A stretch of 64,000 nt of DNA, from the NCBI GenBank assembly GCA_004764695.1, contig SMSO01000032.1:5550483-5614482 (forward strand), given 5' to 3'. Position numbers and translations under genes: made by a program. This document shows positions 44,935 to 55,647 of the stretch, piece after piece. The stretch's first letter is position 1, and each line of letters begins with the position of its first letter. This DNA comes from Schizochytrium sp. TIO01 (taxonomy: Eukaryota > Protista > Bigyra: Labyrinthulomycetes). The notes beneath the pieces were generated by a model, which saw only the letters and a list, made by a program, of their open reading frames with translations, did no database searches and was not told where the DNA came from.

Positions 44935-47900
44935 ATGAGCAGCGTATCGGCAGCCGAGGTGGAGATTTCTGTGCGTTTAGGCCTCCATGATGATTCTGTT
45001 GGCCCATGGACGGATGTGGTCTCGGGCTTGACTCGAATGGACATGGATTGGGCCTCTTATGACGCAAGTTCTGGCTCGATGGAGTGCGTTTTGGGCACGC
45101 AGCGTGCCCAGTGCAGGGATGCAGCGCCGTGGGATGTCGTCGAAGCTCTGGCAAGACTCATTGCCGAAGAGGCGGCTGGCGTAGATGTCGAGGTCCTCAT
45201 CAAGGCTGTCGAGAACTCTCGGCCTGGGCAAACTCTGGATGATGAGATCGATTCTAAGGGTTCCGTCAAAAACTCGAACATGAGCGTGGTGGATCCATGT
45301 GATATTGATTCTTCTGCGAAGAAATTGAGGCTTCGACTTTTGCTGAAAATCAAGACACGAATCATTCCAGGAATGAAACTCACGCCGCCTTGTGGTCATG
45401 CGTTGACATGCATCTCGTTTCGCGCAGAAAAATCGGTGCAAAGACTAATGCCCGTAGAAAGCTTTGATAAACACGCAGAAAAACTCGCAAAGGGAGGTCA
45501 CGGCCAAGATGAAGATGCCTTTAGGCTTGCTGCGTTATACCGTGAAAGCTATTTACTAACGACGGGTCGTCAAATTGATAATGTGGAGGATGTTAATGGG
45601 CTTGGCTCGCTTGACTCTCTGTCACGGACGAAGCAGGGTGAACGAACGGTGAGACCAGCTGAGAACGCAAGTCAGCGTGCCGCGGAAGCACTCATGCAGA
45701 TTGAGCATGATGTTCAAGAAAAATTTCTCGGCTCGGGCAAACTCAAGACTCGTATGTTCTACTTGACACAGTTTATGCTGGAGAACATTGCGAGTTTTCT
45801 TGACTCAAAGAGTGTTATAAATCTTCGCCGTACTTGCAAATACCTTCGCTTTGCATACTGCACAATTGTGCCAGGCCTACGGGTGCCGCTATACTCGCAC
45901 CAAAAGCACGCGTTACGATGGATGGACCGTCAAGAATCGCAGGGTCGTAAACGTGGGGAGCTAGAAGCTGCGGGCATTGGAGCTGCTGCTATTGCGACTC
46001 TGCCAGACATGGTTCGCCGTATCTGTGAGTACCCGGACTTGTGCTGGCTGCATCCTGGATTGATATTTTCAGAGCTACCTGAAAGCAAGCGGGAAAATAT
46101 AGTGGTTGTTCGACGCACTGGCCATGTGCTGCGCTTTGATAACCGCTTGCCTTCATGTCCTCCTCTTATGGGCGGCATGCTTTGTGATGAGCCCGGTCTC
46201 GGTAAAACGGTGACTATGCTAGCTCTAATATTGCGTACCGCAGGACTTGAAACTCCACGTTCTGTAACAATGAATAAGCTATCAGAACGTGCGGATATGG
46301 CAGCTTTGCAGATGAACGATGTCTGGGTCCAGCTTGACCAAACTTTAAAGTGGCGGCATCTTCACGAATTATGTAGGAAATTATCTACTGCTGTGCATGG
46401 CGGAAAAAAAGGCCGTAGTTCTATGTTTCCAATTTCACGTATGCAGCACGCGTGTCTGCTTACCATTGCATCTTTGGAATCCCGTAGGGATCTCCACACT
46501 GAGAGTTTTACCACCGTCGTGGCAGAGTTCCGCCTTTTTGTTGAGAATACACATGTCTGGTTTCCACACCCAGATGAACCTAAATACATGGCTGAGTGGC
46601 GCCCACTCGTTTCGCAACTCTCTGATGCGTTAAATCAGGGTATTATAGATATGCAAGGGAGATATGGTCGTGGCCGATCACGCCGAGCGTGCCGCGGTCG
46701 GGAGGCTGACGATGCGCGCAAAAAGGCTTCGCAGCGAGAAGAGCTGATCCCTTCAAGTACAACACTCGTTGTAGTTCCCAAAACGCTCCTTCAACATTGG
46801 CGAACTCAAGTAGCGCTACATATTGACACCCGCTATATATATACCTCCTCGGATGAGCAGGAGACGGAAGGTGCTGCTCCTGCTACTGCTTCAACCAGCA
46901 AAGCTGGAAAGAGAGAAAAGTCGAAAGAACCAGTATCCAAAGCTTCAAGGCCTTTGTTTTATTTTGACGATGATCACACGAATGAGCTTCCTCCAGCTAA
47001 GGAGCTTGCCTCTTATGTGGCTGTTTTTACAACAAATCCTAGATTAACAAGAGAAGAGCGTTCGGAAACTTGGGCAAGCTCGTTGTGCAAGATACATTGG
47101 CTTCGCATTGTCGTTGATGAAGGCCATGCTCTGGGAAGCTGTACACAAACAATGTATGGATCCTTCTTGACTCGCCTCACTGCACAGAGACGTTGGGTGA
47201 TGACAGGAACACCCGCAAAAGAGACTTCTCTTATGGATGGTCTCCGCACTATCCTCGGAGTGATGCGGTTCTTGCGTCTTCCCCCGTATGGTTTAGCTGG
47301 CGGCGGCACTGTGTGGTCGGCAATTGTAGCCCGCGCTTTAGAACGCCGCATTGGTGTAGGCGTAGCGCAATTTGTTGCAGTTCTTTCTGATGTAATGATG
47401 CGACACACTAAAATCGATGTTGCGGAGCTCCCACCATTGGTCTTACGAAGCGTTGGTTTGCAATTGACTCCTGAGGAACGTCAAAGTTATAATGCAATTG
47501 TAGCATTTGGGCGAACGAACATAGCTCTAACTTCGGCAGGACGCGAGGGTTTTGATGTCTCGTTATTAAATATTACAAACCAACGCATGGCACTGCAGCT
47601 CCTGGAAAACCTTCGCCTCAGTTGCTCTGGTGGTGGATCCATGGGTGCTACTTTAGCACGGCAAAGCTGGATGGAGACGCGTATGCTTTTAGAGTCCCAC
47701 GAAGCGTCCCCAGAGCAGATTCGCGAAGCAAATGAGTTTACTATGCGGGTTTGTGCAGGACGCACGACTGCGTGTCAGGCGCCTGGTTGTCCTCGTGTTC
47801 ACCGTATTGTTCTCATCACACCTTGTGTTCACTACATGTGTGTTGAATGCTTCGAGCAAAAGTGCGTCAAGACAGACTCATATGCATGCTTGTATTGTAA

Positions 47901-49035
47901 TAAACCCTTCAGCGTGAACCAGTTTGCAGCACTGCAGCCTGGTTTCGAGCTCTACTGGCGAAAAGATTCGGCAAGCATTTTAGCAAGAGCGTCAAGCAAG
48001 GCTCAGTACATTATAAAGACAGTCGCAAGACTTCGCGAGGAACTCGGCAAGAAATTCAAGTGTATTTTGTATAGCCAGTTCTCTCAGGTGAGAAACATTC
48101 TGGGTCATGAGTTAATTATTTCTTTTGGAAGCGGAGCTGTGTGTGAGTACGCGGACGCTGGCCGGTACCGTGATGTGGAGCTTCGGAAATACACTCATAA
48201 CGAAGGGCAAGTCTGGGATTGTGCTGTTTGTGGGACAGAGAATGACGCGATCTGGACACGCTGCCAGCAGCATTTTTTAACTCTTGTTAATGAGGCTGAC
48301 GATTCTGACGTGGAGGAAATGGTCCCTCAAACATCACTCTCGGAGTACTTTATTGGTAAAGAGTGGACTCTTCTTGAAAGAGTGAGAGACCAGTATCGTC
48401 CACCGAACCAGCCCTTTGTAGCAACGCGCTTGCGCACTCGCATGGTGACAAAGGATGCACGTTGTACAGGTAAATCGAAGCAAGGTACTTGGCGTGTTCG
48501 CAAGGACCTAAACTGTTCTATCCTTATGCTTTCTCGTGATGGTAGTGTTGGTCTTGATCTCAGCATGACCTCGCATATATTCCTTGTTGACAAAATCTGG
48601 GACGCAGCAGTAATGGACCAAGTGGTTTCTCGTGCATGGCGTCTTGGAACGCAAGCACCCGAAATTATTGTCGAAGAACTATTTTCGAAGGGAACAGTGG
48701 AGGATCTGATGTACGATTGGCGTCCCGGTTTGATGGGCCGTGGTGATGGTGATGATAATGATGAGGAACATCGCGAAAAGGTCCCAGCAACTTCCAGTAA
48801 GGGAGTAACCAAAACCTCTGCTACAGCGGTAAAGGATACGAGTAAAATCCGCTTCTTGCTAGAGAACATGCGTGTCATTGACGACGTCCCCTCTCCGACT
48901 GAACAAGTCCCCGTTGTATCAAACACTTTGTCTTCTTCTTCAGCATCATCTTCCTCAGCATCTACACCACCAGCATCGCAAACATCTAGCGCTAATGCTC
49001 CTGCACCAAAGCGTCGACGGGTTCATTTTGTATAA
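44935..49035 (+). CDS. F-box + SNF2/RAD5-RAD16-like ATPase + RING finger protein (plant At3g54460-like architecture), ~1366 aa
   Basis: F-box LENIASFLDSKSVINLRRTCKYLR. Q motif LYSHQKHALRWM. Helicase motifs I GGMLCDEPGLGKT, Ia TLVVVPKTLLQHW, II IVVDEGH, III MTGTP, IV ILYSQF, V GSVGLDL, VI QVVSRAWRLG. RING C..C...PCVHYMCVEC...CLYC. First ATG at 44935. Confidence 0.93.
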   Translation: MSSVSAAEVEISVRLGLHDDSVGPWTDVVSGLTRMDMDWASYDASSGSMECVLGTQRAQCRDAAPWDVVEALARLIAEEAAGVDVEVLIKAVENSRPGQTLDDEIDSKGSVKNSNMSVVDPCDIDSSAKKLRLRLLLKIKTRIIPGMKLTPPCGHALTCISFRAEKSVQRLMPVESFDKHAEKLAKGGHGQDEDAFRLAALYRESYLLTTGRQIDNVEDVNGLGSLDSLSRTKQGERTVRPAENASQRAAEALMQIEHDVQEKFLGSGKLKTRMFYLTQFMLENIASFLDSKSVINLRRTCKYLRFAYCTIVPGLRVPLYSHQKHALRWMDRQESQGRKRGELEAAGIGAAAIATLPDMVRRICEYPDLCWLHPGLIFSELPESKRENIVVVRRTGHVLRFDNRLPSCPPLMGGMLCDEPGLGKTVTMLALILRTAGLETPRSVTMNKLSERADMAALQMNDVWVQLDQTLKWRHLHELCRKLSTAVHGGKKGRSSMFPISRMQHACLLTIASLESRRDLHTESFTTVVAEFRLFVENTHVWFPHPDEPKYMAEWRPLVSQLSDALNQGIIDMQGRYGRGRSRRACRGREADDARKKASQREELIPSSTTLVVVPKTLLQHWRTQVALHIDTRYIYTSSDEQETEGAAPATASTSKAGKREKSKEPVSKASRPLFYFDDDHTNELPPAKELASYVAVFTTNPRLTREERSETWASSLCKIHWLRIVVDEGHALGSCTQTMYGSFLTRLTAQRRWVMTGTPAKETSLMDGLRTILGVMRFLRLPPYGLAGGGTVWSAIVARALERRIGVGVAQFVAVLSDVMMRHTKIDVAELPPLVLRSVGLQLTPEERQSYNAIVAFGRTNIALTSAGREGFDVSLLNITNQRMALQLLENLRLSCSGGGSMGATLARQSWMETRMLLESHEASPEQIREANEFTMRVCAGRTTACQAPGCPRVHRIVLITPCVHYMCVECFEQKCVKTDSYACLYCNKPFSVNQFAALQPGFELYWRKDSASILARASSKAQYIIKTVARLREELGKKFKCILYSQFSQVRNILGHELIISFGSGAVCEYADAGRYRDVELRKYTHNEGQVWDCAVCGTENDAIWTRCQQHFLTLVNEADDSDVEEMVPQTSLSEYFIGKEWTLLERVRDQYRPPNQPFVATRLRTRMVTKDARCTGKSKQGTWRVRKDLNCSILMLSRDGSVGLDLSMTSHIFLVDKIWDAAVMDQVVSRAWRLGTQAPEIIVEELFSKGTVEDLMYDWRPGLMGRGDGDDNDEEHREKVPATSSKGVTKTSATAVKDTSKIRFLLENMRVIDDVPSPTEQVPVVSNTLSSSSASSSSASTPPASQTSSANAPAPKRRRVHFV

Positions 49036-49394
49036 ATTCCTTTACAGACACATTATGGTTGGGAAAAGTTCTACATCAATCAAGGAAAGATACTTTGTTT
49101 ATTTTTAGTGTAAAAAGTTCAACGTAGCAACGAGAATAACCTAGCTTCCCCCATTTATTGTTGCCATAAAAACAAAACTTGAACCCGTCAAAGAAATGCT
49201 TCCTGCATTTGAAAGATGCGGATGCCTATATTTCGTAGAGATGTTCCTTTCAAGATGTTGATGTGGCATGGAAATGAAGCACTTTAACTTGATATTTTAA
49301 AACAAAAGCTTACATCTGTTTTAAAATCAAAGGATAAAATCAAGTGGCAATTTGAGGAAAAAAACATATAGACAAGAAAAGGATATCAATACTA

Positions 49395-50777
49395 TTATTG
49401 GGATTTAGGGAACAAAGCTTGAAGCTGCGGAATAGACATGGACGGCAATTCAGATGCATTTACACGCACCTGCTGCATAGAATCACGATCACGCACCGTA
49501 ACCTCACCGGAGGTGATGGAGTCGTAATCCACGGTAACACAGAAAGGGGTGCCAATTTCATCTTGGCGACGGTATTTCTTGCCAATCTTCGTGCTTGTGG
49601 CCTCAAGAGTAACATTGAGATGAGGCTGCGCTGTACGAAACTTTCGAACAATGTCCTCGGAAATCTCAACTTGCTCCTGACTATTCTTGATGAGTGGGAG
49701 GACAGCAATGGAGTATGGTGCAATCGTTGGAGAGAGGTGTAGCACTGTTCGAGTTTCTGAGCCCACTTCTTCTACAGCAAATGCGTCGCAAAGAATTGCG
49801 AGCACAAGTCGGTTCAGTCCTAGTGCAGGCTCGATTACGGTAGGCACGAAGGGTTGACCGCCGCCAGGCTCACGATGCGTTACACCATGGCAACTTAAGT
49901 CGTAAGTACCGCGGTTGGCAAATCCCCAAAGCTCACCCCAGCCGAAGGGGTAATGGAATTCTACGTCAGTTGTACGCAAAGAATAGTGAGCTAGCTTTTC
50001 AGGAGCGTGCTCGCAAAGCCGTAAGCTCTCTTTGCGGAGACCCATGTCGTTCAGAAGCCAATGCATGCCCTCTTTGAGCCAGTGCTCAAGCCAGTTATTG
50101 GCGTCCTCTGCGGCGCAAAACCACTGGAGCTCCATCTGCTCAAACTCTCGAGTGCGAAATAAAAATTGTCCAGGAGTGACCTCGTTGCGGAAAGCCTTAC
50201 CGACTTGAGCGATACCGAGCGGAAGTCTTGGCCTAGCGGTTTTGGTGTAATTCGTGAAGTTCAAGTATGTGCCTTGAGCAGTTTCTGGGCGGAAGAAGGC
50301 TTTGGCGCCATCATTAGCAATGGGTCCAACGGAGCTTTCAAACATGAGGTTGAAGTCACGAACATCAGAGACCTGGTCGGACCACGGGTTAACTTTGCCA
50401 CATGGACAAGGTCCATTCTGGAGGTCCTTGTGCATTAAGTCACGGTCGTCAACTTCGCTCAGATGATCAGCTCGAAACCTTTTTCCACATTTGCGGCAGT
50501 CAACAAGGGGGTCGGAGAAGTTTTCCAGATGGCCTGACTTCTCCCAGACGACGGGAGGTAACATGACGGAAGAGTCAAGCCCAAAGCATGCCTCTTCTTG
50601 TGTCACAAATCTTCTCCACCATGCCTGCTCGACATTTCGTTTCAGAAGAGTTCCCAGAGGGCCGTAATCAAAGCTGTTGGCAAATCCTCCATGGATCTCG
50701 TTGCTCGCAAAGACGAAACCACGCGTCTTGCACAACCTCACCACCTCCGCGAGGTCCTTGGCGCCTCGGCGTGCCAT
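49395..50777 (-). CDS. glyQS: Glycyl-tRNA synthetase, homodimeric (alpha2) bacterial GlyQS type, 460 aa
   Basis: DYGPLG, WEKSGHLENFSDP, FNLMF, RPETAQG, motif 2 FRNEVTPGQFLFRTREFEQME, motif 3 IEPALGLNRL, anticodon domain IGKKYRRQDEIGTPFCVTVD. ATG at 50777 (gaaaATGG). Confidence 0.96.
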   Translation of the reverse strand: MARRGAKDLAEVVRLCKTRGFVFASNEIHGGFANSFDYGPLGTLLKRNVEQAWWRRFVTQEEACFGLDSSVMLPPVVWEKSGHLENFSDPLVDCRKCGKRFRADHLSEVDDRDLMHKDLQNGPCPCGKVNPWSDQVSDVRDFNLMFESSVGPIANDGAKAFFRPETAQGTYLNFTNYTKTARPRLPLGIAQVGKAFRNEVTPGQFLFRTREFEQMELQWFCAAEDANNWLEHWLKEGMHWLLNDMGLRKESLRLCEHAPEKLAHYSLRTTDVEFHYPFGWGELWGFANRGTYDLSCHGVTHREPGGGQPFVPTVIEPALGLNRLVLAILCDAFAVEEVGSETRTVLHLSPTIAPYSIAVLPLIKNSQEQVEISEDIVRKFRTAQPHLNVTLEATSTKIGKKYRRQDEIGTPFCVTVDYDSITSGEVTVRDRDSMQQVRVNASELPSMSIPQLQALFPKSQ

Positions 50778-51627
50778 TTTCAACCCAAGTCACTCCCAAA
50801 CTCCCTGAAAGCACCTCCTAAATCCTACGACTCCTCAGATATCAAGCCAGTCTTGACTGCGGTGTTATCCCCAATCCTCTCAAGATCTTCTTGCCTCACT
50901 GAAGCTCTTTTACATCGCATGCAGCACACCCAGAGAACGTCCTTTCCTTTGTTCTTGGTGCCCTCTGCCGCTACGACGCTGCTTTACCAGCGATTAAGCA
51001 GTGCTCCCTAGCTATAGCACTCTCCTACCTACCTCTATCCCCCTGCCGTCATCCCAGGACCCCTCCGCCACGTGTCCTCGCCCAAATTGGGTGTGTGCTT
51101 TTGCAAAAGAGGGTGTGTATCAATATAAGGGTCCTCGGGGACAGTGATACTATGAACCAGTAAGTAATGGTAGCAGGACCCGGGCGACCAGGTTGGGTGG
51201 CCAGAAGAGTCTTCCCCTTTATGGTTCTTCGGGTGGAGATGAAGATGAAGATGAAGATGACAATGGCTTTGGAGATGGTGCAGTGGGCGAACAAATGGGT
51301 GTCAGGAGACGATGTCTGCCTGGTTGGGGATGTTGCGAGCACGCTAGAGCGGCCCGAATGACGGGATAATCAATGACGGATGGTACAGAATGTCGAGCAG
51401 CGACAGGCATTGCACACAAGTGAAACAAACCTCTTCTACATAAGTTGGGCAAAAATAATTATACACTGTGATAGAATCGATCGTAAGTGAAACAAACTGT
51501 CACAAGTGAAACAAAACTCACGGAAACCTTTGGGAGTAAAGAGCTTGAAGAAATCGCGAGAAATCAGTCGATACACAGAATCCGAATCAATTCATCGCAG
51601 ACTCGACTCGCTCGAACGTCACTCGCG

Positions 51628-52992
51628 ATGGCAGCTCGCGGCGAGGTTTCTTCTCGTGGCCGCGGCAGAGGTGGCTCCTCTTCTCGCGGTCGCGGTGGTC
51701 GTGGAGGTCGAGGCGGCATGCCCACGCGTGGTCGTGGTATGCCTTTTGGCATGAGGGGTCGCGGCGGCAGAGGCCGTGGCGGCTCAGCAATGCGTGGCCG
51801 TGGTGGAAGACCTGCTCGTGACGAACAGCGCGAGGAAAAGATCCAGAGGGCTGCTGGCCAGAGCAAGGGCAAGGACCACGAACTGCGTCCCCGCTTCGAG
51901 CGTCGCTCAGGTGAAGGCGGCGAGGAGCGCCGCAAGAAGCGCCCTCGCGAAGAAGAAGATGATGATGACAAAAACAAGGGCAAAAAGGAAGCCAAAAGCG
52001 ACTCAAAAAAGTCTGAAACCGCGGCCAAAAACGATGCCAAGGTCGAAAAGAAGAATGCTAAACAGCGCGTGCGGAGCCCGGAAGAACAGGCTCGCTTTGA
52101 GGCAGAGGCTGCTAGGAGGGCCGCAGACCCTCTCGGAGGAGGCCGCAAGTTCACATCAAAGGCAAACTCTGAAGAAAACAAATCTGAGGACGTGGATTCG
52201 GATGATGGCGAAGACAACGATGAGGAAGATGTAGCTTCGAAGAAGAATGTTAAGGCCACTGATGACGGTAAGAAGAAAAAGAAGCGCCGTTGGAAGGACA
52301 AGTTGGCTTGCACGCTGTTTGTGAACCAGCTTCCTTACGACGTAACTGAACAACAAATCCGGAAGCTCTTTTGCTCCATGTCAGGCATCACGTGGGCAAG
52401 TATGCTATCAGTGCAAATGGTGCTCGGATCGCGTGGCGGCTTCAAGGGCATGGCCTTTATCGAGTTCGACTCAGAGGATGCATGCAACTCTGGACTCAAG
52501 CTCGACAAGGCTACCATGTGGGGCCGTCAGATTAATGTGGGTCGCGCCGAGACCAAGGAGAAGGTTGCAGAGAGCCGTGATGCTCGTAGGCAGGAAGCTC
52601 GCAAGCAGCAGGATCAGGCCTCGAAGACGGCACGTGAAGTAGCCCAGTCCGAGCGTGCCAATGCCCAGCGTAAGTTTGGTGACCTTGCCAAGAGTGCACC
52701 ATACTTGATCAAGGATGGCACGAAGTTTGCAACCACCGAGGATCTCGAGGTTCTCATTGAGCGCGCAACGCAGCCACGCCGTGAGAAGAAAAAACGCGGT
52801 GCAGGAGCCCGTCCTGGCCAGCTCCAGCAGCGTTCTACCTGGAAAGACTTCAACGAAAAGGCCAAGGATGCCATGCGTAAGCTCCCCATCGTGGACCTCA
52901 AACGAAGACTCAACGCATTTTACAAGCTTGATGTTGACACCATGCGCGACAAGAACGCTGCGTTCCTCCAGTTCCTCCAACACCCGCTCTAA
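51628..52992 (+). CDS. RGG-box + RRM RNA-binding protein, probably nucleolar/nuclear (454 aa)
   Basis: N-terminal RG/RGG repeats, Lys/acidic tracts, RNP2 LFVNQL, RNP1 KGMAFIEF. First ATG at 51628. Confidence 0.9.
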   Translation: MAARGEVSSRGRGRGGSSSRGRGGRGGRGGMPTRGRGMPFGMRGRGGRGRGGSAMRGRGGRPARDEQREEKIQRAAGQSKGKDHELRPRFERRSGEGGEERRKKRPREEEDDDDKNKGKKEAKSDSKKSETAAKNDAKVEKKNAKQRVRSPEEQARFEAEAARRAADPLGGGRKFTSKANSEENKSEDVDSDDGEDNDEEDVASKKNVKATDDGKKKKKRRWKDKLACTLFVNQLPYDVTEQQIRKLFCSMSGITWASMLSVQMVLGSRGGFKGMAFIEFDSEDACNSGLKLDKATMWGRQINVGRAETKEKVAESRDARRQEARKQQDQASKTAREVAQSERANAQRKFGDLAKSAPYLIKDGTKFATTEDLEVLIERATQPRREKKKRGAGARPGQLQQRSTWKDFNEKAKDAMRKLPIVDLKRRLNAFYKLDVDTMRDKNAAFLQFLQHPL

Positions 52993-54120
52993 GTAAGCAA
53001 GCGAGTGGTGAGTCAGTTGGTTCAATTGCTAGCTATTCCCGCCCTCATCTCATGGGCTGGTGAAGCCTTCTTTGCCTTTTCTTCTTCATTTTCATAAAGT
53101 GTTACCTCTGTTCTCAACATCGAGAGCCGCTACATATGCACTATTTTAATCGCTTTGCTCCTCGGTTTCCCTGTCATCTAGCCTCTTAGGGGAGACAGAG
53201 TGTAAACGATCTAGAAGAAGTGATACGTGTTGTCAATCCGCTCTAAAGCACCTTAGAAACCTCCGCTACTACACCCATATTATTAGAAAACACACACATT
53301 CCAAGCAGACATTTATCATTTGCCGCGTTTCATAAACCCAATGACTTTTCCCATACCCTTTTTCTTCAAGCTATTATAATAATCTTTGATAATGAGAAGG
53401 TTTCTTCTTTCTTTTACTACAAACCTCCGCAATCTGCGAGGTGAATCAATATACAATTCTACTGTCTCGAACTTTGCTTATCAAATCTGTTGGGTCACGG
53501 CTCACATGATCGATGTTCCTTTTTTGTAAGGAGAGAGCGAAAGGAAAAGGTATAGAGGATATCATATGATTCAAAAAGTTGAGGGGAAAATAAGAAGTGC
53601 AAAAGGTTCAAGAAGAAGAAGAAAGCGCAGAAATTACTACAGTGTCGTAGAACTTCCATAAATCATTTAGTATGCATTCTTATTATATGGATATTTGTAG
53701 ATGAGGATGTGCTGCTGCGCCACAATTAGAATCGCAACTCAATGTATGCCTGAATTTCATTATGATGGGATGAGGTTTGAAGACTTACTTAATTGTGTTT
53801 TTCAAGAAAGCGAGTTCCACGAGTGGAAGGTTACTTGCTCAGGTTTTACGAATCTTTCTTTTTTCTTATTTGTGTGTTTGATTGTCTGCCTGTACGTTTT
53901 ATTTTGCTTGATTAGCTTGTATGCATTGTAATGTTCAGCTTCCCTCACCACGAACTAGGGCCAAGACGCCGAAATGGTGAGTGGACAATTAGGCAGTTGA
54001 AAGATTTAGACAGCTTTGTTGCGTATTCTTTTGAAAGATGTGGTTGTCTTAGCTCGTATTACAGAACAACGAAAGTTTGGAGAGTTGTTCCGCTTGCTAT
54101 GTCTATGGTGCTATGTTGTA

Positions 54121-55434
54121 TTATTCAGGAGTGGATAGATTAATTTGCGTGTGCTTGGAGACACGCTCTGCGACGTCATGTGCAACTTGCTTGCTTGTCT
54201 GCATAGCATGCTCTGGACTGAACTCGTGTTCGTAGCAAGTGTCGAGCCACTCAAGAATAATCCGATCCATAAAGCTCGAATGGCCCAAGACGCCCTCACC
54301 CCAAGCAACATGGCCGCCACGTGCAGTGCGGGCAATTACCAAGCCAGGGCCAAAGATTCCCTTCTGCTGTAAAATGTCCGCACCCTCCACACTACACACT
54401 GGGTCATCATCCGCAGAAAAGGCAAGCGTTGGTGTGGTAATTTGATGTGCGTATGTGATAGGTGAGGATTTAAAGTAGTACTCTTCAACGGAGTCGTAGC
54501 CATGAACAGGGACTACAGCATGAGTATCGAAATCGCGTTGCGTTTTGGCAGCCATAGCCTTTTCAAAATCAATCTTCTCATGCTGCTGCACAACATCCCG
54601 ATGACCCTCCGTGTAGCCTTGCATTGAGGCTGCCAGAAAGTGTCTGGACCAAACATCAAAGTAAGGCGTCACTTTCATGTAGTCCCAGCACGGGCTGACC
54701 ACGCAGGCACCAGAAAATACGCAGCTCTTGCCAGAGCGACCAAGGTAGTTGGCGAGCAAGCCAGCACCAAGGCTGTAGCCTACGGCAAACATTTTAGCAT
54801 TTGGGTTTTCTTCGCGAAGGTGCGCTGCTGCTTGCGCGAGATCATTATAGCCTGTAGCGGTAAAACCATAAGGCGTGGTGAGCTCAAGGCCTCCGCATCC
54901 ACGAGCAACCATGACAACAACTCGGTATTTGTTTTGACGTACAAGATGGTGCACAATAGACTTGACATACTGTGAGTTACTGCAGCCTGCAAGGCCATGA
55001 TGCACGAGAACAATGGGCTTGGATGAGTCATGTTTACAAGGCGCCTCGAGCTCACCAGATCGTTTGGCCCAGTCAAGGCCGACGGTAGCGCCGCACTTGA
55101 GCTTGAAGAGTTCTCGGTCATAGTCAACCTCGGCGACCGGACGAAGCGTCCGAATTACATTATGATATACAGTGTGCAGTGAGCCAGCCATGAACTGTGT
55201 TCCAATGGACCACCACGCCGGAGGTCTGTAGCCTTCACGGAGAAGACGGCTGGATGATTTCCATCTCTGGATCACCGGATGCGACTTTTCACCGTGGGCA
55301 ACCCGCAGCTGCTCGTGTAGAGACCTGTACCACCTCGAGAGCAGTACCATGACCACGATCCAGACGACCCTGCTCTGTTGCTCCAAGAGGCTCTCGCCAA
55401 TGCCTTGCAGCCCAAGAGCCATTGTCTGTGCCAT
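54121..55434 (-). CDS. Alpha/beta hydrolase of the ABHD1/2/3-YheT-Eht1/Eeb1 family (lipase/acyltransferase), 437 aa
   Basis: GSLHTV, GATVGLDW, LVHHGLAGCS, ARGCGG, nucleophile GYSLG, acid ADDDPV, His GGHVAW, N-terminal hydrophobic helix. First ATG at 55434. Confidence 0.93.
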   Translation of the reverse strand: MAQTMALGLQGIGESLLEQQSRVVWIVVMVLLSRWYRSLHEQLRVAHGEKSHPVIQRWKSSSRLLREGYRPPAWWSIGTQFMAGSLHTVYHNVIRTLRPVAEVDYDRELFKLKCGATVGLDWAKRSGELEAPCKHDSSKPIVLVHHGLAGCSNSQYVKSIVHHLVRQNKYRVVVMVARGCGGLELTTPYGFTATGYNDLAQAAAHLREENPNAKMFAVGYSLGAGLLANYLGRSGKSCVFSGACVVSPCWDYMKVTPYFDVWSRHFLAASMQGYTEGHRDVVQQHEKIDFEKAMAAKTQRDFDTHAVVPVHGYDSVEEYYFKSSPITYAHQITTPTLAFSADDDPVCSVEGADILQQKGIFGPGLVIARTARGGHVAWGEGVLGHSSFMDRIILEWLDTCYEHEFSPEHAMQTSKQVAHDVAERVSKHTQINLSTPE

Positions 55435-55613
55435 GGTCGATTCCCACCACCACTTCAATATAAGCAGCGCTCTCCTTACAAATGATTAATTTGCAGTGCC
55501 TATATGTAGTGCACTGCAATCTGATGAAACCTAGAGTACGCAACGCAACTCAAGTTCGCCGTGATGAAAAGCTATCTATGATCAGCTCAGACGGCAAGTG
55601 CTGCCGTCTCTGG

Positions 55614-55614
<1 letters not shown>

Positions 55615-55646
<32 letters not shown>
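55615..55646. repeat. (GCTT)n microsatellite upstream of the hydrolase gene
   Basis: Direct reading. Confidence 0.9.
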
Positions 55647-55647
<1 letters not shown>

